A stretch of DNA of 64,000 bases from Bacteroidales bacterium (GTDB lineage: Bacteria > Bacteroidota > Bacteroidia > Bacteroidales > VadinHA17): contig DAOSAY010000006.1 of NCBI GenBank assembly GCA_035360515.1, positions 11,381 to 75,380 of the forward strand, written 5' to 3'. This document shows, piece by piece, positions 20,392 through 29,323 of the stretch. The position numbers and the translations under genes were made by a program. The notes under the pieces were generated by a model. It saw nothing but the letters and a program-made list of their open reading frames with translations. It was not told the origin of the DNA and made no database searches. Numbering within the stretch: position 1 is the first letter of the stretch; each line of letters begins with the position of its first letter.

Positions 20392-21183
20392 TCAGTTAGC
20401 CTGCATCTGTTTTACTGTATCTTTGTGCTTATCAATAAGTTCCTGCGCCAGGTTGAGGTAATTCACAGTGCCTCTCGACTCTGCATCATACAGAATAGCC
20501 GGCTGCCCGAAACTAGGTGCTTCCGAGAGCTTCACATTGCGCTGAATAATAGTTTTAAAAACCATCTGCTGAAAATGTTTGTTTACTTCTTCAACAACCT
20601 GGTTTGAAAGACGCAACCTTGAATCATACATCGTCAGCAGAAATCCTTCAATTTCGAGTGAGGGATTCAGGTTCGACTGAATAATTTTAATAGTATTCAA
20701 AAGTTTCCCGAGCCCTTCCAGTGCAAAGTATTCACACTGAACTGGAATTATTACTGAATCAGCTGCTGTGAGTGCATTTACGGTCAGAAGACCCAGAGAC
20801 GGCGAACAGTCAATAAGTATGTAATCGAACTCATTCCTTATCCCTTCCAGCACCTTTTTAAGCACCTTTTCCCTGCCGGGCATCTCAAGCATCTCTATCT
20901 CTGCGCCCACAAGGTCTATATTTGAGGGTATAACCATCAGATTATCGATACCGCACGGCATAAAAGCTTCCCTTGGATCTTTGCCGTCGATGAGACAATC
21001 ATAAATTGTAACAGTTATCTTCTTGACATCAACACCTATCCCCGATGTAGCATTAGCCTGTGGATCATTGTCAACAACAAGAACTTTTTTTTCAAGTGCA
21101 GCCAGACTTGCTGCCAGATTAATTGCAGTGGTAGTCTTGCCCACTCCGCCTTTCTGATTTGCCAGAGCAATAATCCTTCCCAT
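20392..21183 (-). CDS. parA: ParA/Soj family chromosome partitioning ATPase
   Basis: Deviant Walker [12 protein letters not shown]. 263 aa. Directly upstream of parB. Confidence 0.93.
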   Translation of the reverse strand: MGRIIALANQKGGVGKTTTAINLAASLAALEKKVLVVDNDPQANATSGIGVDVKKITVTIYDCLIDGKDPREAFMPCGIDNLMVIPSNIDLVGAEIEMLEMPGREKVLKKVLEGIRNEFDYILIDCSPSLGLLTVNALTAADSVIIPVQCEYFALEGLGKLLNTIKIIQSNLNPSLEIEGFLLTMYDSRLRLSNQVVEEVNKHFQQMVFKTIIQRNVKLSEAPSFGQPAILYDAESRGTVNYLNLAQELIDKHKDTVKQMQAN

Positions 21184-21215
21184 TTTCCTGTTTTTTCCTT
21201 TATTCTTTAGCGTTC

Positions 21216-21223
21216 CAAATTTA
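21216..21223 (-). promoter_or_regulatory. -7 box (TAAATTTG) candidate for parA-parB
   Basis: TAnnTTTG match on the minus strand, 33 nt upstream of ATG 21183. Confidence 0.4.
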
Positions 21224-21516
21224 CTATTTAAGAACCATTGCTGCGGACTGCAGGGGTTGTAATTGTAAACATTTTACACGCGGTTATCAACACGATATTA
21301 ACAACCAGATTGTTGATAATCCGACACTGAGTTTTTACATTTTTTTGTTTTTCCCGGCAAGACTCTCCGCTTTTTCCCACCTGAGAAATAGTGGGATGGG
21401 GGAAAGAAAGACATTTGCAAAGCTCGAAACTGTAAAGGAGGTCTGTTACCCGGGGATGTATGAAATTAATTACAAATAAAAAATCTTAATACCTTTACCC
21501 CACTTTGTTTAAGCCA

Positions 21517-22470
21517 ATGAACAACACAGAAGTCCGAAGCGACTGGCTCGTAATTGTCAATCCCAATGCCGGAAGCGGTAAAGGCGGAAACGACTGGGAA
21601 AGAATTGCTGCTCTGCTGGTGAGGGCAGGGATACATTTTTCGGCACGTTTTACCGGCAAAAGAGGCGATGCGATAATGATTTCTAGGGAAGGTATCGAGC
21701 AGGGATTCAGAAAAATAATCACCGTGGGAGGCGATGGCACTCTGAACGAGGTACTTAACGGAGCTTATTCACAAAATTCCTGCACTCCGTCTGAAGTATG
21801 CCTTGCACTGATACCGGTGGGAACAGGAAACGACTGGGGCAAAATGTTCGGTATACCCCTTATTTACGAAGGTGCCATAAAAATTATAAAAGAAGGCAAG
21901 ACTTTGATGCATGATGTTGGAGTGGTAAGTTACCGAAACGGAGAAGAAACCAATACCCGGTACTTTATTAATATAGCAGGAGTCGGCTTCGAGGCACTGG
22001 TGGTTAAAAAAACAAATATCCAGAAAGAAAAGGGTAAAAGCAACAGGGCAATATACCTTTATAATCTGCTTTCAAGCCTTATAGCTTACAAACATACCGA
22101 AGTAACTCTGTATATTGAAAAACAAATTATTAAAAACCGTATTTTTTCAATTAATGTCGGTAACGGACGATATTGCGGAGGAGGTATGCGTCAGACGCCC
22201 GACGCTTTACCCGACGATGGGTTGCTCGATGTTACTGTAATAAAAGAAATAGGAAGGATTGAAATTATCAAAAACCTCAAAATACTCTATGACGGAACAA
22301 TACTGAGCCATCCAAAGGTTGACGGTTACAGGGTTAAAAGCTTCAGGGTTGAATCAGTTCCTCAACTGATGATTGAAGCCGACGGTGAACTATTGGGACA
22401 CACTCCTGCCGAATTTTCAGTGATACCGGAGGGCATCAGAATAGTTTACGGATCAAGGCTCATTCAGTAA
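21517..22470 (+). CDS. diacylglycerol kinase family lipid kinase (YegS-like)
   Basis: LVIVNPNAGSGKG and VGGDGTLNEV motifs. The track ORF starts at TTG 21505. I prefer the ATG at 21517 (MNNTEV..). Confidence 0.85.
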   Translation: MNNTEVRSDWLVIVNPNAGSGKGGNDWERIAALLVRAGIHFSARFTGKRGDAIMISREGIEQGFRKIITVGGDGTLNEVLNGAYSQNSCTPSEVCLALIPVGTGNDWGKMFGIPLIYEGAIKIIKEGKTLMHDVGVVSYRNGEETNTRYFINIAGVGFEALVVKKTNIQKEKGKSNRAIYLYNLLSSLIAYKHTEVTLYIEKQIIKNRIFSINVGNGRYCGGGMRQTPDALPDDGLLDVTVIKEIGRIEIIKNLKILYDGTILSHPKVDGYRVKSFRVESVPQLMIEADGELLGHTPAEFSVIPEGIRIVYGSRLIQ

Positions 22471-23599
22471 CTTTTATTTCAAATAGTTTTGGCCAGTTCT
22501 TCCCGGTGACAAATATTCTGTCATTTTCACTGTCGTATGCTATTCCGTTAAGAACGTTTGACGCAGTGTCGAATGAGGGGTCGTTCATTATTCCTTTCAG
22601 GTCAATATATGCAAGTACCTTACCGCTGGCAGGATCTATTCTGGCAATGAGATCAGTCATCCAGATGTTAGCCCAGATTTCACCTTTAATATATTCAAGC
22701 TCATTAAGATCCTTTACCATGGATTTATTGTCGTAAACCTCCAGTTGAGCCACAGGTAAAAACATTGCCGGATCGATGATATACAAAATGTTAGAACCAT
22801 CGCTCATTACCAGTTTGTCGTCCATAGTGGTAAGCCCCCATCCTTCTGTCTGGTAATAAAATCTATTTAACATCCTGAACGATTCAAGGTCATAAACAAA
22901 ACCCACCTTCGACTGCCATGTCAGCTGGTAGATTTTACCATCGAATATTGCAATCCCTTCACCGAAAAGTTTTGAATCGAGGTTATGCTGGTTCAGTACT
23001 TCACCTGTGACAAGGTTCACTTTTCTCAGATTCGACCTCGTTTCCTGACCTGTACCCTCATAAAGATAACCACCGTAATAAACAAGCCCCTGCGTGAATG
23101 CCTCCCTGTCGTGGGGATAAACATTTATTACCCTGTAACCGTTGCGGCGGGGTGCAACATCAGAAAGAATGGTCACAAATCGGCTTATTGTCTGAGACCT
23201 GTACCGGCGTTTATATGCAACAACCTTAATAGCTTTTTTCCCTGTCTTAGAATTTAAAGATGACGGTATCTCATATTCCCAAATATTGTTTCTGATCACC
23301 CCCGCATCTTTTCCGTCGAACCATATTCTGACCGAATCGGGCAGAACCCTGGCATCAGGCTCCAGCACAATTTTAATCTTCTCATTCAGCTTCAGCTCTG
23401 CATTTTCAGGCGGGGCGACAAGTTTTATCATCTCAGCTGCCATCTCCTCAGGTTCTGACAACTCTTTAACCGGTTCATTTTCTACCTCCTTTTTATTGGA
23501 ACGTCCTGAACATGAAAAGAACCAGGCAACAAACAAAATAAGCAAAGGGTAAATAATGCAGTTATGGCACTTTTTCATCATCTTTATTTTCTTGTCCAT
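22460..23599 (-). CDS. glutaminyl-peptide cyclotransferase (beta-propeller type) lipoprotein with extra N-terminal domain
   Basis: Core YPHDREAFTQGLVYYGGYLYEGTGQ..NELEYIKGEIWANIW is typical of bacterial/plant-type glutamine cyclotransferase. Lipobox FFSCSG. About 130 aa of extra N-terminal sequence. Confidence 0.8.
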   Translation of the reverse strand: MDKKIKMMKKCHNCIIYPLLILFVAWFFSCSGRSNKKEVENEPVKELSEPEEMAAEMIKLVAPPENAELKLNEKIKIVLEPDARVLPDSVRIWFDGKDAGVIRNNIWEYEIPSSLNSKTGKKAIKVVAYKRRYRSQTISRFVTILSDVAPRRNGYRVINVYPHDREAFTQGLVYYGGYLYEGTGQETRSNLRKVNLVTGEVLNQHNLDSKLFGEGIAIFDGKIYQLTWQSKVGFVYDLESFRMLNRFYYQTEGWGLTTMDDKLVMSDGSNILYIIDPAMFLPVAQLEVYDNKSMVKDLNELEYIKGEIWANIWMTDLIARIDPASGKVLAYIDLKGIMNDPSFDTASNVLNGIAYDSENDRIFVTGKNWPKLFEIKVTE

Positions 23600-24036
23600 T
23601 TTCTGAAAATTCTTCTGAAAATATTACCTGCTCTTAAAATTTTCCTTTTTGCCATCTCTTCCTGAATCTCATAAGGGAACAGCATCTGCCACACCTGGCT
23701 CCATCCGGGAAAGCCGCCAAGGTTTTTGTCATCAATATAAATATCCACATCAATTTTACGGCTTACCGTTTGTTCATTAAAAACCTCTTCCGGATAATTT
23801 TTATTTACTGCATAGAACTCTATACCATGCTGACGGCAGAATTCAACTGCTTCCTCAAGTTCTTTTCCAGTGCGAAACGTCCAAAGTATAAGCTTTGCCC
23901 CTCTTTTCTCGAGCTCCTTCAATGTACTGAATGCAAAAAGCTTTTCCTTTCCGATGGAAGGATAAGCATTCTCGACAATTGTCCCGTCAAAATCAACGGC
24001 AATTCTGATATTCAGCAGATCGAATCCGTTATCCAT
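23584..24036 (-). CDS. small HAD-like phosphatase-fold protein
   Basis: 150 aa. DxD-type N-terminal motif AVDFDGTIV and a late IYIDD acidic motif. Resembles small HAD-like proteins of Bacteroides; this is from memory, with no search run. Confidence 0.5.
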   Translation of the reverse strand: MDNGFDLLNIRIAVDFDGTIVENAYPSIGKEKLFAFSTLKELEKRGAKLILWTFRTGKELEEAVEFCRQHGIEFYAVNKNYPEEVFNEQTVSRKIDVDIYIDDKNLGGFPGWSQVWQMLFPYEIQEEMAKRKILRAGNIFRRIFRKWTRK

Positions 24037-24140
24037 TTTATTTAAGCTCTTTCAAAGATAAAACTGATTTCATTTTAATACTCCCTGTTATGCTGAAAAA
24101 TGTTTGGAACGGATAAAATGATATATTATTAATTTTTCAA

Positions 24141-24148
24141 TACTTTTG
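24141..24148 (+). promoter_or_regulatory. -7 box (TACTTTTG) candidate for pssA
   Basis: TAnnTTTG match, 18 nt upstream of ATG 24166. Confidence 0.4.
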
Positions 24149-24165
24149 TTCTCAAATCCTCAGAA

Positions 24166-24885
24166 ATGCGACATATACCAAACATGATCACCTCTTTAAA
24201 CCTTGCATCAGGTTTTTTATCAATTATTTTTATCATTAAAGGAAATACGGCAGCAGCATGCTGGCTGGTGCTTGCTGCCATGGTTTTTGATTTTCTCGAC
24301 GGGTTTGCATCACGAATTCTGAATGCATACTCCGACCTGGGCAAGGAACTCGACAGCCTTGCAGATGTAGTAAGCTTTGGAGTGGCACCGGGAATTATTA
24401 TTTACAGTACAGGTATATTCTTCAGCGATAATAATGTATACAGCATAATTTACGCAGTGATTTCGGCATTTTATGCTGTTTGTGCCGGTCTGCGTCTTGC
24501 AAAATTCAATATCGACACCTCACAGTCGGTTGTTTTCAGAGGGCTTCCTACCCCGGCAGCAGCCCTCTCAGTTATATCGCTTTGCCTTGCTGCAGCCTAT
24601 TCAGATAACTTTTTTGTGACGCTTTTCACAAAATATCAGTTCTTAACTATATTTTTCGTTATCATTGTCTCTCTGCTTATGGTAAGCAACCTGCCAATGA
24701 TTTCGCTTAAAATAAAAAATTTGAAGATCAAGGGGAATGAGGCAAGGTATATTATGGCAGCTCTGAGTATTATTTTTGTTGCAGTTTTCGGTGCCAGAGG
24801 CTTTGCACTTATAATACCGGCATATATTATTCTTTCCCTTGCCTGGGCTCCTTTTCTGAAGAATGAGATCTCTCGGCATCCCTGA
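24166..24885 (+). CDS. pssA: CDP-diacylglycerol--serine O-phosphatidyltransferase
   Basis: CDP-alcohol phosphatidyltransferase motif DFLDGFASRILNAYSDLGKELDSLADVVSFG. Polytopic, 239 aa. Confidence 0.85.
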   Translation: MRHIPNMITSLNLASGFLSIIFIIKGNTAAACWLVLAAMVFDFLDGFASRILNAYSDLGKELDSLADVVSFGVAPGIIIYSTGIFFSDNNVYSIIYAVISAFYAVCAGLRLAKFNIDTSQSVVFRGLPTPAAALSVISLCLAAAYSDNFFVTLFTKYQFLTIFFVIIVSLLMVSNLPMISLKIKNLKIKGNEARYIMAALSIIFVAVFGARGFALIIPAYIILSLAWAPFLKNEISRHP

Positions 24886-25011
24886 ACGGGTATTTTCTTT
24901 CGTATAGAATGAGTGCCGATTTTATTATTATCCAGCTTATGATTATAAAAGCCGGCCATGTAAGGTATATCACGAGCTGATCAAGGTACATTGGTCTATA
25001 ATCTTTTTGTA

Positions 25012-26133
25012 TTAATAAGCATGTCCATCCTTTTCAATATCTTCAGCTGTAATTTTGCGTTGTGTAACAGCCCTCCATGCATACCAGATGTATGCAATAA
25101 CAAATGGGATAATAAATGAAACATACATCATAGTTTCGAGCGTGAACCTGCTTGAGGACGCCCTCTGCAGAGTAAGGGAATTCTGAATATCATTAACAGA
25201 AGGGTAAAAGGCTGTATTGTTCAGTCCTGCAGTAAGAAACAGGGCAAAAACAGCCATAACTGATCCTGCGCCGGAAAACCAGATGCCTTTTCTGCTTCCT
25301 GCAAACACTGTAATATAAATACCGTAAAGCACGCCTGCCACACCGGCAATAAACACAATCAGTACCGGCGGCATCTGAAGCAGGTTTTTCAGGTACTTAA
25401 ATTTCTGAACTAAAATCTCTCCGGTCGCTGGTTCAACTGCAAATCCTTCCTTGAGAAAAATCGTAAGTATGAAATAAAGGAAAAAAACAAGAAAGAAGAG
25501 TGCGTTGAAAAGTACTTTGTTTCTGGCCTTTGAAATTATTTCCTCATCATCAACAGTATTTAAAAGAAATAGTAACCCATTCACCCTGGCAAGAAAAAGA
25601 AGTGCAAATCCCAGAGCAATGTTCCGTATGTCGGCAAGTGCTTCGAGGCCGTGTAAATTTGTCTGCCAGGTGACTCTGTTCAGGTTGTCGAGGGAGAAGT
25701 GGGCACCCGTAAAAAATGTTGCAACCGCTATACCTGTCAGAAATGGTCCCAGTGAACCGTTAAGAAGCAGGAAGATATCATAAGTATTACTTCCGAGGAC
25801 ATTTGAGGGTTTGGATCTGTATTCGTATGCAACAGCCTGAATGACAAAACTAAAGAGTATCAGCATCCACAACCAGTAAGCACCGCCAAAACTTGTGGCA
25901 TAAAAAAGTGGAAATGAGGCAAAAAAAGCTCCGCCGAAAGTAACCAGTGTGGTAAATGTAAACTCCCATTTTCTGCCCAGTGCATTTACAATCATTTTAC
26001 GCTGCATGGCATTTGCAGGCAATGAATAAATAAAAGTCTGTCCCCCCTGTACAAACATAAGAAAACCGAGCAGACCGCCGAGCAGTGAGATCACAATCCA
26101 CCAGTAATGCTGAAGAAATGCATGTGACATCAT
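25012..26133 (-). CDS. cydB: cytochrome bd ubiquinol/menaquinol oxidase subunit II
   Basis: 373 aa, polytopic. Overlaps the cydA stop by 4 nt (ATGA). Typical CydB N-terminus (WWIVISLLGGLLGFLMFVQGGQ). Confidence 0.9.
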   Translation of the reverse strand: MMSHAFLQHYWWIVISLLGGLLGFLMFVQGGQTFIYSLPANAMQRKMIVNALGRKWEFTFTTLVTFGGAFFASFPLFYATSFGGAYWLWMLILFSFVIQAVAYEYRSKPSNVLGSNTYDIFLLLNGSLGPFLTGIAVATFFTGAHFSLDNLNRVTWQTNLHGLEALADIRNIALGFALLFLARVNGLLFLLNTVDDEEIISKARNKVLFNALFFLVFFLYFILTIFLKEGFAVEPATGEILVQKFKYLKNLLQMPPVLIVFIAGVAGVLYGIYITVFAGSRKGIWFSGAGSVMAVFALFLTAGLNNTAFYPSVNDIQNSLTLQRASSSRFTLETMMYVSFIIPFVIAYIWYAWRAVTQRKITAEDIEKDGHAY

Positions 26134-27701
26134 AACTTTTCCTCCGTTTTTTCGGGTCCGTTCTTAACCTGTTTCACCATAATGGAGATTTCAGCAATAA
26201 GAAGCGCAGTAAACAGAACCGCAAAGAGCCAGAAGGTGGTTTGTACATTGCCTGACTTAAGGTTTGTAACACCCACTGATACTGGCATGAGATCCTGTAT
26301 TATCCAGGGTTGGCGGCCCATCTCTGCAAGCACCCACCCCAGCTCACTGGCAAGATATGGCAGAGGTATTGAAAGGAGCATTATCCACAAAAGCCATTTA
26401 TGCTTCCGGATATTATTTCGGAACAAAAACCACAGCATAAGAGCAAACAGAAGTATAAAGAAGAAACCCAGTAGCACCATGAGATGAAAAGTGTAAAAAG
26501 ATACCCGGATGTCAGGTATGATATCTTCCGGATTGTCTATATAAGCATACCCAAAATATCTGAAATAGTTTTCCCTGAAGTCTTTTGAGGTAAAAAGAGC
26601 GGCAATATCCGATGCTTTTGTCTCATCCCCTGCCTCTTTTGCCTTTTTATATTCCAGCAGTGTTTCACGAGCTTTCTGCCCCCGCTCTTTTTTCTCTGCA
26701 AATGAAAGTATTCCTGCCCGGGGGTTCCCTTCAATATGGTCATAAATACCAGGTACATAAGCATCCTTACTTCCGCCGGTCATAAATGAAAGAAGGTTGG
26801 GAATCTCTATTGCAAATATAAACTCCGGCATGTTTTTTCTTCCCACTCCCTTTTCTCCCTTTTTGAGTATTCCTGCTGCAACAAGGGGAGCCCTGCTTTT
26901 CCCTTCATAGAGTGCTTCGAACGAAGCAAACTTCACCGGCTGATATTTTGCCACCGAGCGGGCCGACATGTCGCCTGTGATTGCAAGCAAAACAGAAGAA
27001 AGAAAACCGAATATACCTGCTATAAGAATGCTTCGTGTAGCAAGATATGTTTCCCTTTTTTTAAGCAGAAACCATGCACTTATTCCCGCAACAAAAACAG
27101 AGGCAAGGACAAATCCGGAAGTGATTGTATGCAGGAATTTATCGGCTGCAACAGGATTGAAAAGTACTTCCAGAAAGTTAGTCATCTCGTTGCGGGCTGT
27201 TTCGGGATTAAAGGTCATACCGACAGGATTCTGCATCCATGCGTTTGCAACCAGTATCCACAATGCCGACAGGCTCGCCCCTATAGCAACGAGCCACGTG
27301 GAAACAAGATGAAACCTTTTGCTCACCCTGTTCCAGCCAAAAAACATCACAGCAATAAATGTGGATTCAAGGAAAAAGGCAAGTATGCCTTCTATAGCCA
27401 GAGGGGTTCCGAAGATATCTCCCACGAACCAGGAATACGCCGACCAGTTGGTGCCAAACTCAAACTCGAGTATTATCCCGGTAGCAACGCCAATTGCAAA
27501 ATTTATCCCGAAAAGTTTCATCCAGAACTTCGTTATCCTCTTCCATTCCTCACTGCCTGTCCTGTAATAAATTGTCTCCATCATGGCAATAATGAATGAG
27601 AGGCCAAGTGTTAGAGGAACGAAAAACCAGTGATAAATTGCTGTAAGGGCAAACTGCGCCCTGGACCAGCTGACAAGACTCAGATCAATGTTCTCAATCA
27701 T
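26130..27701 (-). CDS. cydA: cytochrome bd oxidase subunit I
   Basis: 523 aa. Conserved WSRAQFALTAIYHWFFVPLTLG and EMGRQPWIIQ motifs, with a long Q-loop. Confidence 0.93.
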   Translation of the reverse strand: MIENIDLSLVSWSRAQFALTAIYHWFFVPLTLGLSFIIAMMETIYYRTGSEEWKRITKFWMKLFGINFAIGVATGIILEFEFGTNWSAYSWFVGDIFGTPLAIEGILAFFLESTFIAVMFFGWNRVSKRFHLVSTWLVAIGASLSALWILVANAWMQNPVGMTFNPETARNEMTNFLEVLFNPVAADKFLHTITSGFVLASVFVAGISAWFLLKKRETYLATRSILIAGIFGFLSSVLLAITGDMSARSVAKYQPVKFASFEALYEGKSRAPLVAAGILKKGEKGVGRKNMPEFIFAIEIPNLLSFMTGGSKDAYVPGIYDHIEGNPRAGILSFAEKKERGQKARETLLEYKKAKEAGDETKASDIAALFTSKDFRENYFRYFGYAYIDNPEDIIPDIRVSFYTFHLMVLLGFFFILLFALMLWFLFRNNIRKHKWLLWIMLLSIPLPYLASELGWVLAEMGRQPWIIQDLMPVSVGVTNLKSGNVQTTFWLFAVLFTALLIAEISIMVKQVKNGPEKTEEKL

Positions 27702-27707
27702 CAGATT

Positions 27708-27929
27708 TCACTTTGATAATAAATGCTCCCTTATATAGTTACTTCTGTTGCTGTCGTCAGGAAAACTTTTTTTCAGAACATCCGGGAAAAAGAAGAGCCT
27801 GAGAATAATAAATATAATGAACAATTTAATCAGTATTATTATCCAGACTTTTCTGCCCCAATCTGACATGTTCCTGAAGCCATCGAGATAAAAAACAAAT
27901 ATTTTTCTAAATATGTTCAGAAATGACAT
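27708..27929 (-). CDS. DUF4492-like small membrane protein upstream of cydAB
   Basis: 73 aa with a single TM segment (VWIIILIKLFIIFIILRLFFF). Located 6 nt upstream of cydA on the same strand. Family name is recalled from Bacteroides annotations. Confidence 0.6.
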   Translation of the reverse strand: MSFLNIFRKIFVFYLDGFRNMSDWGRKVWIIILIKLFIIFIILRLFFFPDVLKKSFPDDSNRSNYIREHLLSK

Positions 27930-27950
27930 AGCAATCTTTCGTTGAAAAAC

Positions 27951-29117
27951 TCAAAGATTTTTCCCGTGCTCTTTTTCTTCTTCTTCTTTTATTTTCTCCA
28001 TTATTTCTTCAGTATCTGGAAGGCTTGAGGTAATTTTCTGTACTGCTTTGAGGTTATAGAAAAATTCCCGGGCAAAGACTCTCAGCACGGTGTATGCAGG
28101 TATACCCAGAATCATACCCGGTATACCGGCTGCGAAGCCTGCGGCAAGAACCACAACAAAAATCTCAAGCGGATGGGCTCTGACGCTGCTGGAGAAAATA
28201 ACCGGCTGAAAAACAACATTATCTGTTGCCTGAGTAATTGCAACCACTAGAGCCATCTTCCATACCAGTGGAACAATAACCGACTGAAAATCGTATCCCA
28301 GATGAGAGGCAATGCCCATTGTTACTGTTATGAAAAATCCAAGCCACGGACCCACATAGGGAATCACATTAAGTATGCCTGCTATAAGCCCCATTACAAG
28401 TGCCTGATGGAAATCGATGCCAACAACAGTCATTCCGGTTGTCATCATTATCATTATGCAGGTGCTCTGAATCACTATCCCCACGAAATACCTTGTTAAA
28501 AGCGCCTTAATTGAATAAAGGGCACGGGTAACATTATCCACATATTTGTCGGGCACCCACATAACGATTGATTCAAAGAAAAGATGCTGGTCTTTAAGAA
28601 AAAAGAATGTGATGAAACTTATGGAAAAGAATGCAATCACTATGTTGTCCATTGTTCTGGCGGCAGAGCCTATCATGTCCTGTACAAATTCAATGCTCAG
28701 AATATCAGTTATTTTCGAGGCAATGTAAGCTCTCACTGATATCTCTTCAAGATCAGGATTTAAAGCCCGTAAGAGGTTTTCAGTCTTTCTGATAGGCTCC
28801 TCAATTATCTTAACAAGTTGTTCGCTGTCGATTGAGGAAAGTTGCTGTATCTGACTGGCAACAAGGGGAACAAATATGTAGAAAAAGAGAAAAATCAGAC
28901 CCCATATAATTAAAAGTGCCAGAAGTGCAGAAACCGCTTTTGGAATAGATATTTTTCTGATCTTTATCCGGTCAAAAAGATCAACAAGCGGTCTCCCCAT
29001 AATGGAAAGAACACCTGCAACAAGTATGTAGATTACTATTTCCCTGAAGTACCAGACACAGAAAACAACAAATACAATTCCTGCAAGTATCAGAATATTT
29101 CTTATAAAATTCTTCAT
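27951..29117 (-). CDS. AI-2E family transporter (PerM-like permease)
   Basis: 388 aa, about 8 TM segments, with conserved LNVIPYVGPWLG block. Confidence 0.8.
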   Translation of the reverse strand: MKNFIRNILILAGIVFVVFCVWYFREIVIYILVAGVLSIMGRPLVDLFDRIKIRKISIPKAVSALLALLIIWGLIFLFFYIFVPLVASQIQQLSSIDSEQLVKIIEEPIRKTENLLRALNPDLEEISVRAYIASKITDILSIEFVQDMIGSAARTMDNIVIAFFSISFITFFFLKDQHLFFESIVMWVPDKYVDNVTRALYSIKALLTRYFVGIVIQSTCIMIMMTTGMTVVGIDFHQALVMGLIAGILNVIPYVGPWLGFFITVTMGIASHLGYDFQSVIVPLVWKMALVVAITQATDNVVFQPVIFSSSVRAHPLEIFVVVLAAGFAAGIPGMILGIPAYTVLRVFAREFFYNLKAVQKITSSLPDTEEIMEKIKEEEEKEHGKNL

Positions 29118-29131
29118 CTGAAGATTTTTTA

Positions 29132-29139
29132 CAAACCTA
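29132..29139 (-). promoter_or_regulatory. -7 box (TAGGTTTG) candidate for the AI-2E transporter gene
   Basis: Matches TAnnTTTG on the minus strand, 15 nt upstream of ATG 29117. Confidence 0.4.
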
Positions 29140-29149
29140 ATTTAAAATT

Positions 29150-29161
29150 ATGACAAGTCAT
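29150..29161. promoter_or_regulatory. additional related inverted repeat ATGAC-AA-GTCAT
   Basis: 5-nt arms of the same word family, located 36 nt upstream of the main array in the divergent AI-2E/hsp20 intergenic region. Confidence 0.35.
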
Positions 29162-29185
29162 AATAGAGTTATTTTCTTAAAATAA

Positions 29186-29232
29186 CTGTCATATTGACAG
29201 TTGTTTTGTCACAAAATATGACATGTTGTCAT
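29186..29232. promoter_or_regulatory. array of alternating TGTCA/TGACA half-sites (candidate activator/operator sites)
   Basis: Pentamers start at 29187, 29195, 29207, 29219 and 29227 and alternate in orientation with 8-12-12-8 spacing. They form perfect 6-3-6 palindromes CTGTCA-TAT-TGACAG (29186-29200) and ATGACA-TGT-TGTCAT (29218-29232). Confidence 0.5.
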
Positions 29233-29243
29233 GATTTATATAT

Positions 29244-29259
29244 TGGAACAGAAGTTGCA
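29244..29259 (+). promoter_or_regulatory. sigma-54-type -24/-12 promoter candidate for hsp20
   Basis: TGGAACAGAAGTTGCA compared with the consensus TGGCACG-N4-TTGCW. The GG (29245-46) and GC (29257-58) elements have exact consensus spacing, and TTGCA is perfect. About 72 nt upstream of the ATG. Confidence 0.55.
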
Positions 29260-29314
29260 AGATATAGGGTGAAATTAAACAAGAAAAATGTCTAACCAAA
29301 AATAATAAAAAAAG

Positions 29315-29323
29315 AAAGGAGGG
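29315..29323 (+). promoter_or_regulatory. canonical Shine-Dalgarno (AAAGGAGGG) for hsp20
   Basis: GGAGG at 29318-29322, 8 nt before ATG 29331. Of the other plus-strand gene starts I inspected, only dnaJ and the ABC ATPase gene show even weak purine-rich runs (TAAGGA, TAGGAT). Confidence 0.6.

Noticed and set aside
21376-21395. Hairpin CCCAC-CTGAGAAATA-GTGGG containing CTGAGA, reminiscent of the TPP riboswitch core
   Set aside because: No other THI-box elements are present (no GGGG..GC P2/P3 context and no CCTGATCTGGATAATGCCAGCG-like arm). The downstream gene is a lipid kinase, not a thiamine gene.
21396-21479. 27-codon ORF (MGERKTFAKLETVKEVCYPGMYEINYK) in the parA/lipid-kinase intergenic region
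   Set aside because: It is too short and has no supporting signal or recognisable family. It cannot be supported from sequence alone.
27294-27306. CCACGTGGAAACA, superficially parS-like (tGTTtCACGTGaAACa)
   Set aside because: Only one half-site is present, with an extra G. The left half does not match, and the sequence lies inside cydA. I found no convincing parS in the window.
29186-29200. CTGT-N7-ACAG resemblance of CTGTCATATTGACAG to the E. coli LexA SOS box (CTGT-N8-ACAG)
   Set aside because: The spacing is one nt short, the gene context is heat shock rather than DNA repair, and the motif is part of a larger TGTCA/TGACA array that is better explained as sites for another regulator.
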